Below, piece after piece: positions 25,110 to 37,461 of a stretch of 62,000 bases of DNA; position 1 is the first letter of the stretch, and the number at the start of each line of letters is the position of its first letter. The notes beneath the pieces are model-generated. The model worked only from the letters and a program-made list of their open reading frames with translations. It had not been told where the DNA came from and did no database searches. Position numbers and translations under genes: made by a program. The stretch comes from Chiloscyllium plagiosum (Eukaryota): assembly GCF_004010195.1 (NCBI RefSeq), contig NC_057718.1, positions 1,619,696 through 1,681,695 on the forward strand, written 5' to 3'.

Positions 25110-25979
25110 TGTTATGACACAACGGCAAACAGTTCTGTTAATTAAACAAAACACACAGAAAAGTTCACTTTGCCTTGTAGTCTGTTAAAGTATGAGTGAC
25201 AGAGGACTATCAAATTCCACTATTTAACAAAAATATCAATTTTATTCTTTAACGCTAAAAGTGAACATTAAACAACAACCCTTAAAGGGTTGTTATCTAC
25301 CTCCCACTCTATAACAATATACTGATCCAGTAAAGCCCTTACTAAATTTACAGCAAATCAGTTTTCAAAACCAGAGAGTGGTTGTGTTCTCTAGTGTTTG
25401 TCTTCCTCTATTTGTGGATCTCCCTGGGTCATCTTCAGTCTTCTGCTGCAAAGATATTTCATGTGAAAAGGATACCTTTGACAGAGAATGTTGTGAATGG
25501 CAGTCTTTCAATGGCAGGTGTTGCTGTTTCTCTGGCTAACTGCCCAAAATGCCTATATTTTCCTACCCCAAACATTGGATTGTCTTATTAGTTCAAAGTT
25601 GTCAAAACAGTAAAATTCAAATTCAATTGGGTTTTTTGTATCTTGGAGAAAGTGAGGACTGCAGATGCTGGAGATCAGAGCTGAAAATGTGTTGCTGGAA
25701 AATGTGTTGCAGCAGGTCAGGCAGCATCCAAGGAGCAGGAGAATCGACGTTTCGGGCATGAGCCTTTCTTCAGGAATCTTGGGCACGTATGTTGGGCATA
25801 ATTTAAACTGATTGGTTAAATTTGAACTGCTGTGAATACAACTGAGGTATCTAGGTTACGACCAAATGTTACATCTTTCAATTTTCCAGTACAGGGTACA
25901 TTCTGAAATTGCGAGTCAGTCACGTGAAAGGTGCCTGCAAGTTTTAAAGGTTACAATACATGCCTTCAACTTCATAACA
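25110..25979 (-). repeat. LTR of the Gypsy element
   Basis: Ends are inverted repeats TGTTATGA...TCATAACA; immediately adjacent to the PBS. Confidence 0.82.
25645..25777 (-). mobile_element. Short Penelope family 2 terminal insertion in the Gypsy LTR; hammerhead motif at 25746-25773
   Basis: Flanked by atcttgg repeats; the minus strand reads ctgaagaaaggctcatgcccgaaacgtc. Confidence 0.85.
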
Positions 25980-26145
25980 AGGACAACTAGGAATTGGCAA
26001 TAAATACTGTCCATCTAGTGATGCCCATGTCCCACAAATGATTTAAAAAAGGAACTGCATTTTGTGGGAAGGGTTTTGCAGGATGGGCTGTGGAGTTTTG
26101 AGCATTTTGATAATCTAGCAGAAAGCTAACACGTGTCGTCTTATA

Positions 26146-27197
26146 CACACCAGATGGCCTCCTTCTTTAGAGACCGCAATTTCCCTTCCCACGTGGTTAA
26201 AGATGCCCTCCAACACATCTCGTCCACATCCCGCACCTCCGCCCTCAGACCCCACCCCTCCAACCATAACAAGGACAGAACGCCCCTGGTGCTCACCTTC
26301 CACCCTACCAACGTTCGCATAAACCAAATCATCCGCCGACATTTCTGTCACCTCCAAAAAGACCCCACCACCAGGGATATATTTCCCTCCCCACCCCTTT
26401 CCGCCTTCTGCAAAGACCATTCCCTCCGTGACTACCTGGTCAGGTTCACGCCGCCCTACGACGCACCCTCCCATCCTGGCACATTCTCCTGCCACCGCAG
26501 GAATTGCAAAACCTGCGCCCACACCTCCTCCCTCACCTCTATCCAAGGCCCTAAAGGAGCTTTCCACATCCATCAAAGTTTTACCTGCACATCCACTAAT
26601 ATCATTTATTGTATCCGTTGCTCCCGATGCGGTCTCCTCTACATTGGGGAGACTGGATGCCTCCTAGCAGAGCGCTTTAGGGAACATCTCCGGGACACCC
26701 GCACCAATCAACCACACCGCCCTATGGCCCAACATTTCAACTCCCCCTCCCACTCTGCCGAGGCCATGGAGGTCCTGGGCCTCCTTCACCGCCACTCCCT
26801 CACCACCAGACGCCTGGAGGAAGAATGCCTCATCTTCCGCCTCGGAACTCTTCAACCCCAGGGCATCAATGTGGACTTCAACAGTTTCCTCATTTCCCCT
26901 TCCCCCACCTCACCTTAATTCCAAACTTCCAGCTCAGCACTGTCCCCGTGACTTGTTCGGAATTGTCCTACCTGCCTATATCCTTTTTCACCTATCCACT
27001 CCACCCTCTCCTCCCTGACCTATCACCTTCATCCCCTCCGCCACTCACCCATTGTANNNNNNNNNNATTCCTGATGAAGGGCTTTTGCCCGAAACGTCGA
27101 TTTTACTGCTCCTCGGATGCTGCCTGAACTGCTGTGCTCTTCCAGCACCACTAATCCAGAATCTGGTTTCCAGCATCTGCAGTCATTGTTTTTATCT
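26146..27197 (+). mobile_element. 5'-truncated Penelope-like (Neptune-type) element: Cys linker, GIY-YIG endonuclease and terminus
   Basis: ORF 26133..26918 with C..RNCKTC, NIIYCIRCSRCGLLYIGETG, RFREH, HFN and GINVD. Confidence 0.93.
27071..27098 (+). ncRNA. Minimal type I hammerhead ribozyme motif (intact core)
   Basis: CUGAUGA-A-GGGC(UUUU)GCCC-GAAAC-GUC, with an ACGU palindrome in place of helix III. Confidence 0.8.
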
Positions 27198-27318
27198 TAT
27201 ATCTGAGTACATAGAGCACTCTTTCTTTGAATAGCACAACCAATTGGTTGATATGGTTTTGATCACTAAGTGAAGTCAGTGTTCTGGGCAATCATTGTGC
27301 ATTGTTTCTGATATTCAG

Positions 27319-27419
27319 TATCGCAGGGTACGGGATGAAGTTTTCACATCTAACGTTCTCTGTTCCTTCATCGTAATGCTGTTCATCGTCATTGTGGATT
27401 CCTTATTCTATGTGCCTGA
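27319..27419 (+). CDS. ADCY8: ADCY8-like exon (TM7): YRRVRDEVFTSNVLCSFIVMLFIVIVDSLFYVPE
   Basis: ttcag| acceptor and |gtaagt donor; 101 nt; matches ADCY8 RDEVFKSNLVCAFIVLLFI. Confidence 0.93.
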
Positions 27420-28629
27420 GTAAGTATTAGTTATTATCGATTTATTCTGTGTGTTTAGTCCAAAGTAAGACCCTGTTCAGTGTATATATAGTCAATTTGA
27501 GAGTGTGAAATAGTTGGGAGCTGTCTTTATGAAACAGGTGACCTCATTGTTTCTCAAAAAGGAAAAAACAAGTTCTGGTCAAAATGAGATTCTGGTTTGT
27601 AGAATTAACCATGAAATTGGAACGTTCAGGTGGACGAAAGGGCATTTCTGCCTGAAACTGCTTCTTGAGTATTGCTAAAAAAGACATATTTTGTTGAAAC
27701 TTTCCCTTGCACTCAAAAGAACAATTCACAAGAATACCAAATTAAGGGGAAAAATCAATATTCATACTGCATGAGAGGAGAGGTCTGATTGTTTGGCAAG
27801 TGGATTCGGATTGGTAGGAGTGTTGCCATTGAGAATCCATCCATTAATGCTGATTGACCGTTAACAGCCAGGCTTCGTTCATTGAAAATCAGCCACGTTG
27901 TCTCTGATTATGCAGGACAGAACAGTGAATGCCTGTCACCTGTTTTATTGAGTTGAAAAAAGCACAGCATGTGTATGCTTGATGTCTGTCTGCAAAGATC
28001 AAGCCCTGATATGAAGGTACCAGTGTTGGACTGGGGTGGACAAAGTTAAAAAGGTGAAGGAGCAGCGCCCCCAAATCTAGTGCTTCCAGATAAACCTGTT
28101 GGACTATAACCTGGTGATGTGTTTTTTAACTTTGCAAAGAATAAGGCCCAGTATGTTAATATACTGAGCTTCCAATAAATGCAGATTTACTGCGCTGTGC
28201 ATCTGACTAACAATCCTAGATCAATTGTTAGCATAATTCCTCACACATTCAGGATTATCCAAAAAATGTTGTCCAATTTCAGGATCACATCTAATGTTGG
28301 ACACTGTGCTGTGGGTTTTGCAAACAGTGGCTGGTTGGATGCAGTCAGCACATTGTTTCTTGTGAACATCTTGCACTGGAATTTATATACAGGTGCCACG
28401 GTATTCATTTGTGTGATAGACACATGTCTTTTTGGCTTGTTGACACAATCCTGTTAATGATGAAAACATGAAATGACACTTAACCTCTACCCTTCCAAGT
28501 TTCCAATATGTTGGAAATATGTTTCCTTTAATTTAAACCACAGCTCTATGTAAGATTTTTTTCCCATGCCTTAATGGGCTCCAACCTGCAATCAAATTCA
28601 TGTCTGAAATGGCAGGCTGCCTACCAACT

Positions 28630-29130
28630 CGGACCAACCAACCCAACCACCCCGTGGCTCAACACTTCAACTCCCCCTCCCACTCCACCAAGGACATGCA
28701 GGTCCTTGGACTCCTCCATCACCAGACCATAGCAACACGACGGTTGGAGGAAGAGCGCCTCATCTTCCGCCTAGGAACCCTCCAACCACAAGGGATGAAC
28801 TCAGACTTCTCCAGTTTCCTCATTTACCCTCCCCCCACCTTGTCTCCGTCAAATCTCTCGAACTCAGCACCGCCTTCCTAACCTGCAATCTTCTTCCTGA
28901 CCTCTCCGCCCCCACCCCACTCTGACCTATCACCCTCACCTTGACCTCTTTCCACCTATCGCATTTCCGACGCCCCTCCCCCAAGTCCCTCCTCCCTACC
29001 TTTTATTTTAGCCTGCTGGACACACTTTCCTCATTCCTGAAGAAGGGCTCATGCCTGAAACGTCGATTCTCCTGCTCCTTGGATGCTGCCTGACCTGCTG
29101 CGCTTTTTCAGCAACACATTTTCAGCTCTG
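28630..29130 (+). mobile_element. Penelope family 2 3' fragment (end of GIY-YIG and terminus; hammerhead at 29037-29064)
   Basis: VAQHFNSPSH...LEEERLIFRLGTLQPQGMN; ctgaagaagggctcatgcctgaaacgtc. Confidence 0.9.
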
Positions 29131-29528
29131 AAATGGTCACTCAAGCGAACTGTCTTTCTGCAGTGAACTAGTTGAAAATTGCTCTGGGATGTAAAGACAA
29201 GTTGTGGAGGCCCGAAATCATTAGTGAGACAAAACTCTCTGATTGGCTTCTGGCAAGGCAGTCAGGTTGTGTGTGAACAATACAGAGGCAGAGGCCTTGA
29301 GATTATAAGAGACAGTATCTATCCTTTTCTTCGTCTGCAGTTAAATAGCAAAGAACTCAAAGGTAGCTAAACTCTCCCACCATTTGTTATAAGCTTTATG
29401 TCAAACCAATGATTGAAAGACTGAATAGTTAATGTATCAATTATCCTGTGTCTTCAGCAAAGAACTGAAAGGATCTAGAAATAAGGAGACTAGAGATCAG
29501 AAAGTCTTGGAGAAGCCAAAGGGACACC

Positions 29529-30135
29529 TGTTATAGACCAGGCCAGACCCCCTCAAAACACTTCAAGAACATAGCCCAGACCCTAGGTTTGCGAGTTGTT
29601 TTAAGCAGGTGTAACATGGATATTCCAGGAGGGATGCAGCTGGCCCAACCACTTAGTTTGAAACAAAACAGAATTTATTTGCAAGATTACCAAATGAAAC
29701 ACAAACAAAAGAGAGCAGAATTCAGAATAACTTAACCTGTCTGAAAATTCACCAGACTATCCCAACCTAACGATGCTGTTCCAAATTCCTGCAGCAATCC
29801 CCATAAACACCCCCTGGCACAAAAGATAAAATCAAACACAGTGTCTTACAGGAGAGAGGCAGAAGGCAGAGGGAGTCATGTAGCTTTTTCATTGACCAGC
29901 AGCCTCAAAATGGACTGACTGCTTTCTCTGAACTGCCAGACTGTTAAAACCCAAACCAGAGGAAAGCTGAGCTGGGAAACTGGCCACTCCCCTTTCAGTG
30001 GACACGTGCTTTTTTTTAAACTGAAAAGTTTCTTCAAGCAGATCAACCCTGACATTTCAGGGCCTGTGTCTCGCAAAACACTTTTGAAAAAAACCAAGGA
30101 CAACACAACCTTGTTGAGGGAGTGGCATCATGGCA
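29529..30135. mobile_element. Solo LTR (~607 bp) with 4-bp TSD
   Basis: Starts TGTTATAG and ends ...ATGGCA; cacc at 29525-29528 and 30136-30139. Confidence 0.7.
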
Positions 30136-30489
30136 CACCTTATCAAATCCTTCAGATGTCATTACACAACTGTGTTTCCCCAGTACATTTCCCTCCATAA
30201 TAGAAATGGCTGGTTCTTTGTTTGTATCTGGCAATATGCATATGCAGAGATTTAGGAAAGTGATATAGCTTATGATCGGAGAGTTCTAATTAATATTTTT
30301 GTTTCCCTGTGATTAGAATTGATTTCTTCATAAAAAACCAGAAGTTTCTTGTTAATTACAGAAACTTGGTCAGTGTTTTCTGTAACCTGTGGAAATGGGA
30401 GATTTGAGTAATTTGATTAAATTTTTAACTTTTGTGAAAACCCCAGGCATCATGATGCTCCATTATTAGTGCACTTTCTTAAGTAGATT

Positions 30490-32230
30490 CTGACAGGTAT
30501 ATTGGCATGGCTAGAGAATTCGCTAATGAGCAGGAAACAGTGAGTGGGAATAAGGTGTTCGTTTTCAGATTGACAACCCATGGGCAGTTGGGTACCATAG
30601 GGATCAGTACTGGGACTGCAACTGTTTGCAATATACAATAATGTCTGCAGTGAAGGAAGTGAATGCACTGTAGTCAAATTTGCAGGTGACACAAAGAAAA
30701 GGTGGAAACTCAAACTGTGAGATGAATACAGAGTTTACAGAGAGATATTGATGGATTAAGTAAGTGGGCAAAATGTTGGCAAATGGAACTAAGATGGGAA
30801 ACTGAAGTTATTCATTTGGAAGGGGAGAACAAAAGAACAGAGCATTGTTTAAATGGAGAGATACTGCAGAAAGCTGCAACACAAAGGAATGTAGGATTAT
30901 TTACGCATAAAACACAGAAATCTAGCACATGGGACAGCAGATGATCAGGAAGGCTAATGGAATGATGGCCCTTATTTTAAGGGGGTTGGAGTATAAGAAG
31001 GGATAAGTCTTACTGCAACTGTGCAAGAAGTTGATGAGACCAACTGTGCAAGAAGTTGGTGAGATTGGTGGAGATTGGTGGAGTTGTGGATAGTGAGGAG
31101 GGCTGTTGTCGGCTGCAAAGGGACTTAGATATGATGCAGAGCTGGGCTGAGGAGTGGCAGATGGAGTTCAACCCTGTCAAGTGTGAGGTTGTCCATTTTG
31201 GAAGGACAAATAAGAATGCGGAATACAGGGTTAACGGTAGGGTTCCACCTTAGTAAGGTGGAGGAGCAGAGGGACCTTGGGGTCTANNNNNNNNNNNNNN
31301 NNNNNNNNNNNNNNNNNNNNNNNNNNNNNNNNNNNNNNNNNNNNNNNNNNNNNNNNNNNNNNNNNNNNNNNNNNNNNNNNNNNNNNNNNNNNNNNNNTAA
31401 GATGATCAGAGTAATAGATAGAGTAGACAGTCAGAAACTTTTTCTCCGGGTACAACAGAGTGTTACAAGGGGACATAAATTTAAGGTGAAGGGTGGAAGG
31501 TATAGGGGGGAATGTCAGGGGTAGGTTCTTTACCCAGAGAGTGGTGGGGGCATGGAATGCGCTGCCTGTGGGAGTGGCAGAGTCAGAATCATTGGTGACC
31601 TTTAAGCGGCAATTGGATAGGTACATGGATGGGTGCTTAAGCTAGGACAAATGTTCGGCACAACATCGTGGGCCGAAGGGCCTGTTCTGTGCTGTATTGT
31701 TCTATGTTCTATGTTCCATGTTCTACCACATCTGGAGTACCGTGAGCAGTTTCGGTCACTCATTTAAGGAAATATATCATTTTATTGGAGGCGTTTCAGA
31801 GAAGGTTCACGAGGATGATCCCTGCTATGATTGGAACTATACTCACTGGAGTTTAGAAGAATGACAAGTGATTTAATTGAACCAAACAGAATTCTTAAGG
31901 GGTTTGACAGGTTCAATGCTGAGATATTCTCATGGGACCAGAGAGGACCCATCAGAATTCTGGTCTCATCAGAATTTAAGATTGAGCTGAGGAGGAATTT
32001 TCTCTCTTGGAAGCTTGAGAGCCTTTGGACTTCCTTGCCACAGAGAGCTGTGGGGGCCAGGTCTTTGTGTACTTGTAACGCTGAGGTTGAGAGATTCTTG
32101 ATCAGGGAAATCAAAGGTTACAGAGAAAATGTGTGAAAGTGAATATAAGAAGTATCAGCTCATCTATGACCCTATGGAATGGGCTGAACATTCTATATTT
32201 ATTCCTATTTCGTACGCTCTTATGGTCTTA
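30490..32230 (+). mobile_element. Old CR1 RT/3' region with a younger CR1 3' end nested at ~31070-31724 (spans a gap)
   Basis: KFAGDTK and WQMEFNPVKCEV motifs; (ttctatg)n tail near 31700-31724. Confidence 0.82.
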
Positions 32231-32769
32231 ATCTCTGAGTTAAACTCCCATCGATGGGTGAGCTGCAACAAATTATGAACAGATGAAAAGCAGCAAAGGT
32301 TGGGACCATTGTGATATTCCAATGGAGGTTTTCAAACCTTTATTCTTTGTCCACATTCTGTATGTTTTGGAGGAAAAAAGGACTCTGTGCTAAACCTCAG
32401 TCATCACTGCACCCCTTGGTCCTTCCACTTTAGGATTATGACAGTTGTAACTACCTTCATAAATCACAGAATTGCTTTTCTTAATTAATTAATAGAATGG
32501 GAAATAAACTGTATTCTGGATTTCCCTATTTTCCATAGCAGGGAAATTCTGAACACACATTCTCCTGAATCACATATTCCTTCCAGCTGAGGAAACCCTC
32601 AATGTGTCTTTAGATCTACCAGAGGAATGTCTGACATGGCTTTTGTTGTTAGTGCATGCTTTACTAATTTCGTTTTTTTGGGGGAAAAGACATGTCATGG
32701 GAAATATTCAATGGGAAGCAAGTGAAATTTGATTCCAACATTGTGATAGGAATATATAAACATCTGAAC

Positions 32770-35700
32770 TGAGCCTGTATCTCAGTATTCTCCTTGACAA
32801 CATTGTCTTTTTCCAGTGTGAATACTAATGAAAAATATTCATTTAGTGCTTCCCCTATCTCCTCTGACTCCACACACAACCTCCCAGTACTATCCTTGAT
32901 TGGCCCTAATCTTACTCCAGTCAATCTTTTATTCCTACTATATCATAGAAAGCTTCAGGGTTTTCCTTGATCCTATCCGCCAGTGACTTCTCATGCCCCC
33001 TCCTGGCCTTTTTTCGCTCTCTCTTTAGACCTTTCCTGGCTAACTTGTAACTCTCAAGCGCCTGAACTGAGCCTTCACATCTCACCCTAACATAAGCCTT
33101 CTTCTTCCTCTTGACAAAAGATTCAACTTCCTTAGTAAACCACGGCTCCCTCGCTCGACCACTTCCTCCCTGTCTGATAGGTACATACTTATCAAGCACA
33201 TGCAGTAGCTGTTCCTTGAATAAGCTCCACATTTCAATTGTGCCTATACCCTGCAGTTTCCTTCCCCATCCTATGATGTCTAATTGCATCAGAACTGCTT
33301 TCCCCCCAGCTATATCTCTTGCCCTGTGGTATGTAACTATCCCTTTCCATTAGCTAAAGTAAACATAACGAAATTGTGGTCACTATCATCAATGTGCTCA
33401 CCTACCTCCAAATCTAACACCTGGCCGGGTTCATTACCCAGTACCAAATCCAATGTGGCCTTGCCTCTTGTTGGCTTGACTACATACTGTGTCAACTAGG
33501 AGAAAGTGAGGACTGCAGATGGGGATCAGAGCTTAAAAATGTGTTGCTGGAAAAGCGCAGCAGGTCAGGCAGCATCAAAGGAGAAGGAGAATCGACGTTT
33601 CTGGCATAATCCCTTCTTCAGGAATGAGGAGGGTGTACCAAGCAGGCTAAGATAAAAGGTAGGGAGGAGGGACTTGAGGGAGGGGCTTTGGGAATGCGAT
33701 AGTGGAAGGAGGTTAAGGTGAGGGTGATAGGCCGGAGAGGGGGTGGGGGCGGAGAGATCAGGAAGAAGATTGCAGGTCAAGGAGGCGGTGCTGAATCTGA
33801 GGGTTGGGACTGAGACAAGGTGGGGGGAGGGGAAATGAGGAAGCTGGAGAAATCTGCATTCATCCCTTGTGGTTGGAGGGTTCATAGGCGGAAGATGAGT
33901 CGCTCTTCCTCCAGGTGTCATGTTGCCATGGTCTGGCGATGGAGGAGGCCAAGGACCTGCATGTCCTTGGCAGAGTGGGAGGGGGAGTTAAAGTGTTCAG
34001 CCACGGGGCGGTTGGGTTGGTTGGTGCGGGTGTCCCAGAGGTGTTCTCTGAAATGTTCCGCAAGTAGGCGGCCTGTCTCCCCAATGTATAGGAGGCCACA
34101 TCGGGTGCAGTGGATGTAGTAAATGATGTGTGTGGAGGTGCAGGTGAATTTCTGATGGATATTGAAAAATCCCTTGGGGCCTTGGAGGGAAGTGAACGGG
34201 GAGGTGTGGGCGCAAGTTTTGCATTTTTTGCGGTTGCCAGGGAAGGTGCCGGGAGTGGAGGTTGGGCTGGTGGGGGGTGTGGATCTGACAAGGGAGTCGC
34301 AGAGAGAGTGGTCTTTTTGGAATGCTGATAGGGGTGGGGAGGGAAATATATCCTTGGTGGTGGGGTCCGTTTGGAGGTGGCGGAAATGACGAAGGATGAT
34401 CCGATGTATCTGGAGGTTGGTGGGGTGGTAGGTGAGGACTAGTGGGGTTCTGTCTTGGTGGCGATTGGAGGGGCGGAGTTCAAGGGCGGAGGCAGCATCC
34501 TGTACACATTGGACAAAAGCTGACCCATCTAAAGTACTCAAACTATGGTCTTTCCAGTAAATATTTGGAAAGTTAAAGTCTTGCATAACAACTACCCTGT
34601 TAAATTCGCTCCTACATAGAATCATCTATGCTATCCTTTCCTCTACATCTCTGGAACGATTTGGAGGCCTATTGAAAACTCCCAACAGGGTGACCTCTCC
34701 TTTCCTGTTTCTAACCTCAACCCATACTACCTCAATAGATGAGTCCTCAAACATCCTTTCTGCCACCATAATATTGTCTTTGACTAACAATGCCACACCT
34801 CCCCCTCTTTTACCATCTTCCCTGTTCTTACTGAAACATCTAAACCCCGGAACCCCCAACAACCATTCCTGTCCCTGCTCTATCCATGTCTCTGAAATGG
34901 CCACAAAATCAAAGTCCTAGGTACCAACCCCTGCTGCAAGTTCACCCACCTTATTCAGGATGCTCCTTTGTTGAAGTAGATACACTTCAAACCACCTGCC
35001 TGCTTGCCAGTGCACTCTTGCGACGTTGAAGCCATATTTCTGATCTCAATACTCTCAACCTCCTGTACACTTGAACTACAATTCAGGTTCCAATCCCCCT
35101 GCTGAGTTAGTTTAAACTCTCCTGAAAGGCATTAGCAAACTTCTCCCCCAGGATATTGGTACCCCTCTGGTTCAGGTGAAGACTATACTGTTTGTAGAGG
35201 TCCCACCTACCCCAGAATGAGCCCCAATTATCCAGGTATCAGAACCCCTCCCTCCTGTAGCCACATGTTCAACTCCTCTCTCTCCCTAATTCTCGCCTTG
35301 CACTGTGGCACTGGCAACAAACCAGAGATAACAACTTCCACCCTAGCTCCCTGAATTCCTGCCTGAAACCCCTATCTCTCTTCCTACCTATGTCATTGGT
35401 GCCTATGTGGACCACGACTTGGGGCTGCTCCCTGTTCCCCTCAAGGATCCCAAAAACATGATCTGAGACATCACGAACCCTGGCACCTGGGGGGCAACAC
35501 ATCAACCGTGAGTCTCTCTTGTTCACACAGAGCCTCCGATTTGTTTCCATACATATGGAATCCCCAATGACTAAAGCTCTGCTCATCTTCCCCCTTTCCT
35601 TCAGAGCAACAGGGACAGACTCTATGCTAGTGACCAGTCCCCATGGCTTACCCCTGGTAAGCTGTCCCCCCCAGCAGTATCCAGAACAGTATCTTGTTAT

Positions 35701-35860
35701 GAGAGGATTAGCCACAGTGATTCCCTGCATTGCCTGCCGGTTCCCTTGCCATCTCCTTTCATAACTCATCTGCCTTTTTCCTGTACCTGAGGTGTGAGTA
35801 CCTCCCTGCAACTCCTCTCAATAATTTCCTCCAGCTTCCGAATGATCCGAAGTTCATGCA
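32770..35860 (-). mobile_element. CR1 LINE with ORF1 SGNH-esterase and endonuclease regions
   Basis: ORF1 ALVIGDS...CCPPGARVRDV...VVVHIGTND (35269..35811); ORF2 AISETW, GGGVALLV, KENPEAFY. Confidence 0.9.
33497..34495 (-). mobile_element. Penelope family 2 3' part (GIY-YIG and terminus; hammerhead at 33594-33621) inserted in CR1
   Basis: IIYYIHCTRCGLLYIGETGR in ORF 33918..34625; terminus matches 28630-29130. Confidence 0.92.
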
Positions 35861-36197
35861 AAGTCTTATGTTTTGAATTCCACCTTCCCATCTCCCTCCA
35901 ATAGCCATTGGTTTCTCTTACAAATAAAACTACCAAGCAATCCTCACAAATTGATTTTAAAACTAATCTGAATTTGACTTTATGTGCTGTAGATTATAGG
36001 ATTATGGACCATGAGTGGTAAGCAGGATTTTGGTGGATCCAATGTTATGGGTTGGCACAGTTAGTGTTGGAGAATCTCTATCTTTCTATATTGGCCGCTG
36101 TGTTGGATAATTGTCTCATTCAAGCACTGTACAAGAGTTTTTGAATTGTTTGCAATTTGTCTAACACACAAATCCCCCATTTGTTTTCTACCCACAG

Positions 36198-36399
36198 GCA
36201 GGAAATGAGGATTGGCCATTTAGTCTCCATTGTGCTCATTTACTGCTGTCTGCTATTGTGCATTATGGCTGAGGCATTTAACTGTCTCCCAAAGGCCATG
36301 CATGAACTGAGTACCTGGATTCAAGAGACACACAGTGTCAGAACTACAATCATGCTGCTGTCTATCTCAATCAACTTTGTCTTATCAATATATGACATG
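36198..36399 (+). CDS. ADCY8: ADCY8-like exon (TM8-TM9): QEMRIGHLVSIVLIYCCLLLCIMAEAFNCLPKAMHELSTWIQETHSVRTTIMLLSISINFVLSIYDM
   Basis: cacag| acceptor and |gtgagt donor; 202 nt; AE...CLP......WI.ET...R...SI.INF pattern as in ADCY8. Confidence 0.92.
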
Positions 36400-37174
36400 G
36401 TGAGTAATAAGTTCTTAGGGCACCCAACCTTGGGATTTGTCGTATTTTTATCCCCCATGCAATATTGCTATACAGATCTCAGCTCTGCATCAACTATGTC
36501 TTTATTCCCACTGTGTGGTCATTAATGGGGGGGTTTGTTGCTCATCTTACAGTCACCTTTGAGAAAGTAATCCATCCGAAATTACAGGGGTACAGGAGAG
36601 GGCTAGACAGCGCTGTTACACTCCAAAAAACCTGGTGACGAAGGATTAAATGAGAACTACATTTTACTGACCATTCTACGCAATTATTGGCAGAGATCCA
36701 CACTACAAGCTGTACATCCTCTCAATTTAACCACTTCTGTTTTAATTGTTTCCCGATAATGTCTTTTTAAAGAACCAGTGATTAACTGAGTATCTCCTGT
36801 TCCTGTTTATAGGAAGACAGGTAATTCCCCAAGTTAAACCCATTACTTGTCTATTATTAAACATTGTTAAACTGAACAGGTTCATCAGAAAAATGGGTTA
36901 AATTAAAATAAAAGAAAAGAGAAAAGAAGGAAGAAAACATGATCAGATGGTCTTAGATAATGATGTTGCCCTGAGAGTTCTCTGAACCTTCACCAAGCTC
37001 TTACCTTTGATAAAAGCTGGTCTGCTTGCATACACATTTAAATGTGCTGCCAAAAGTAGAACAAACTGTATACTTGCTGGCGTAGGAGGCATATCACCCA
37101 ACAAAGAAGACAATTTTATATTTTGCCCTCGGACTAATTGAGGGCAAATTATAAAATATATAAAATATTCAGAG

Positions 37175-37330
37175 CTGCACAGTGGCTCAGTGGTTAGCAT
37201 TGCTGCCTCTCAGCACCAGGGACCCAGGTTCAATTCCACCCTCAGGTGACTGATCTTCCGGGTGGGATATTCTTTGGAGGGATGGTGTGGACTTGTTGGG
37301 TCAAATGACCTTTTTACGCACTGTGTGGGT
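37175..37330 (+). mobile_element. Internally deleted HE1 SINE
   Basis: tRNA-like head joined directly to the tail segment. Confidence 0.7.
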
Positions 37331-37461
37331 TCGGCCATAAACATTGTATCTGGAGTGAGTTCTTTGAGTGAACCTGTCATTCTAGGATGGTTGGAGACAA
37401 AAACAGAAATTATTGGAGAAAATCAGCAGGTCAGGCAGCATCTTCTGAGGCGAGAGAAACA

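Larger units (their letters stand above)
21380..25979 (-). mobile_element. Decayed Ty3/Gypsy (Gmr1-like) LTR retrotransposon: 5' LTR, PBS, gag and protease, interrupted by insertions
   Basis: gag ATG at 24906. SCAN/capsid-like FFISFEKLA...W, DYKDVRQAIL...EAYRQRFR. Two decayed Zn knuckles (CFHWQKVGHIESQC at ~23512-23556). Protease ILRDMGS (~23330-23360) continues as GEITV|VGVIDS...LRNDLEG across the 21639-23188 insertion. Confidence 0.85.

Noticed and set aside
33918..34625. Apparent CR1 endonuclease / GIY-YIG fusion protein
   Set aside because: Chance in-frame junction where a Penelope fragment inserted into a decayed CR1; both parts are truncated.
37262..37461. N-terminal part of the 596-aa ORF as a real protein start
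   Set aside because: It reads through a SINE remnant and an old repeat terminus from a non-ATG start; Penelope homology begins near 37462.
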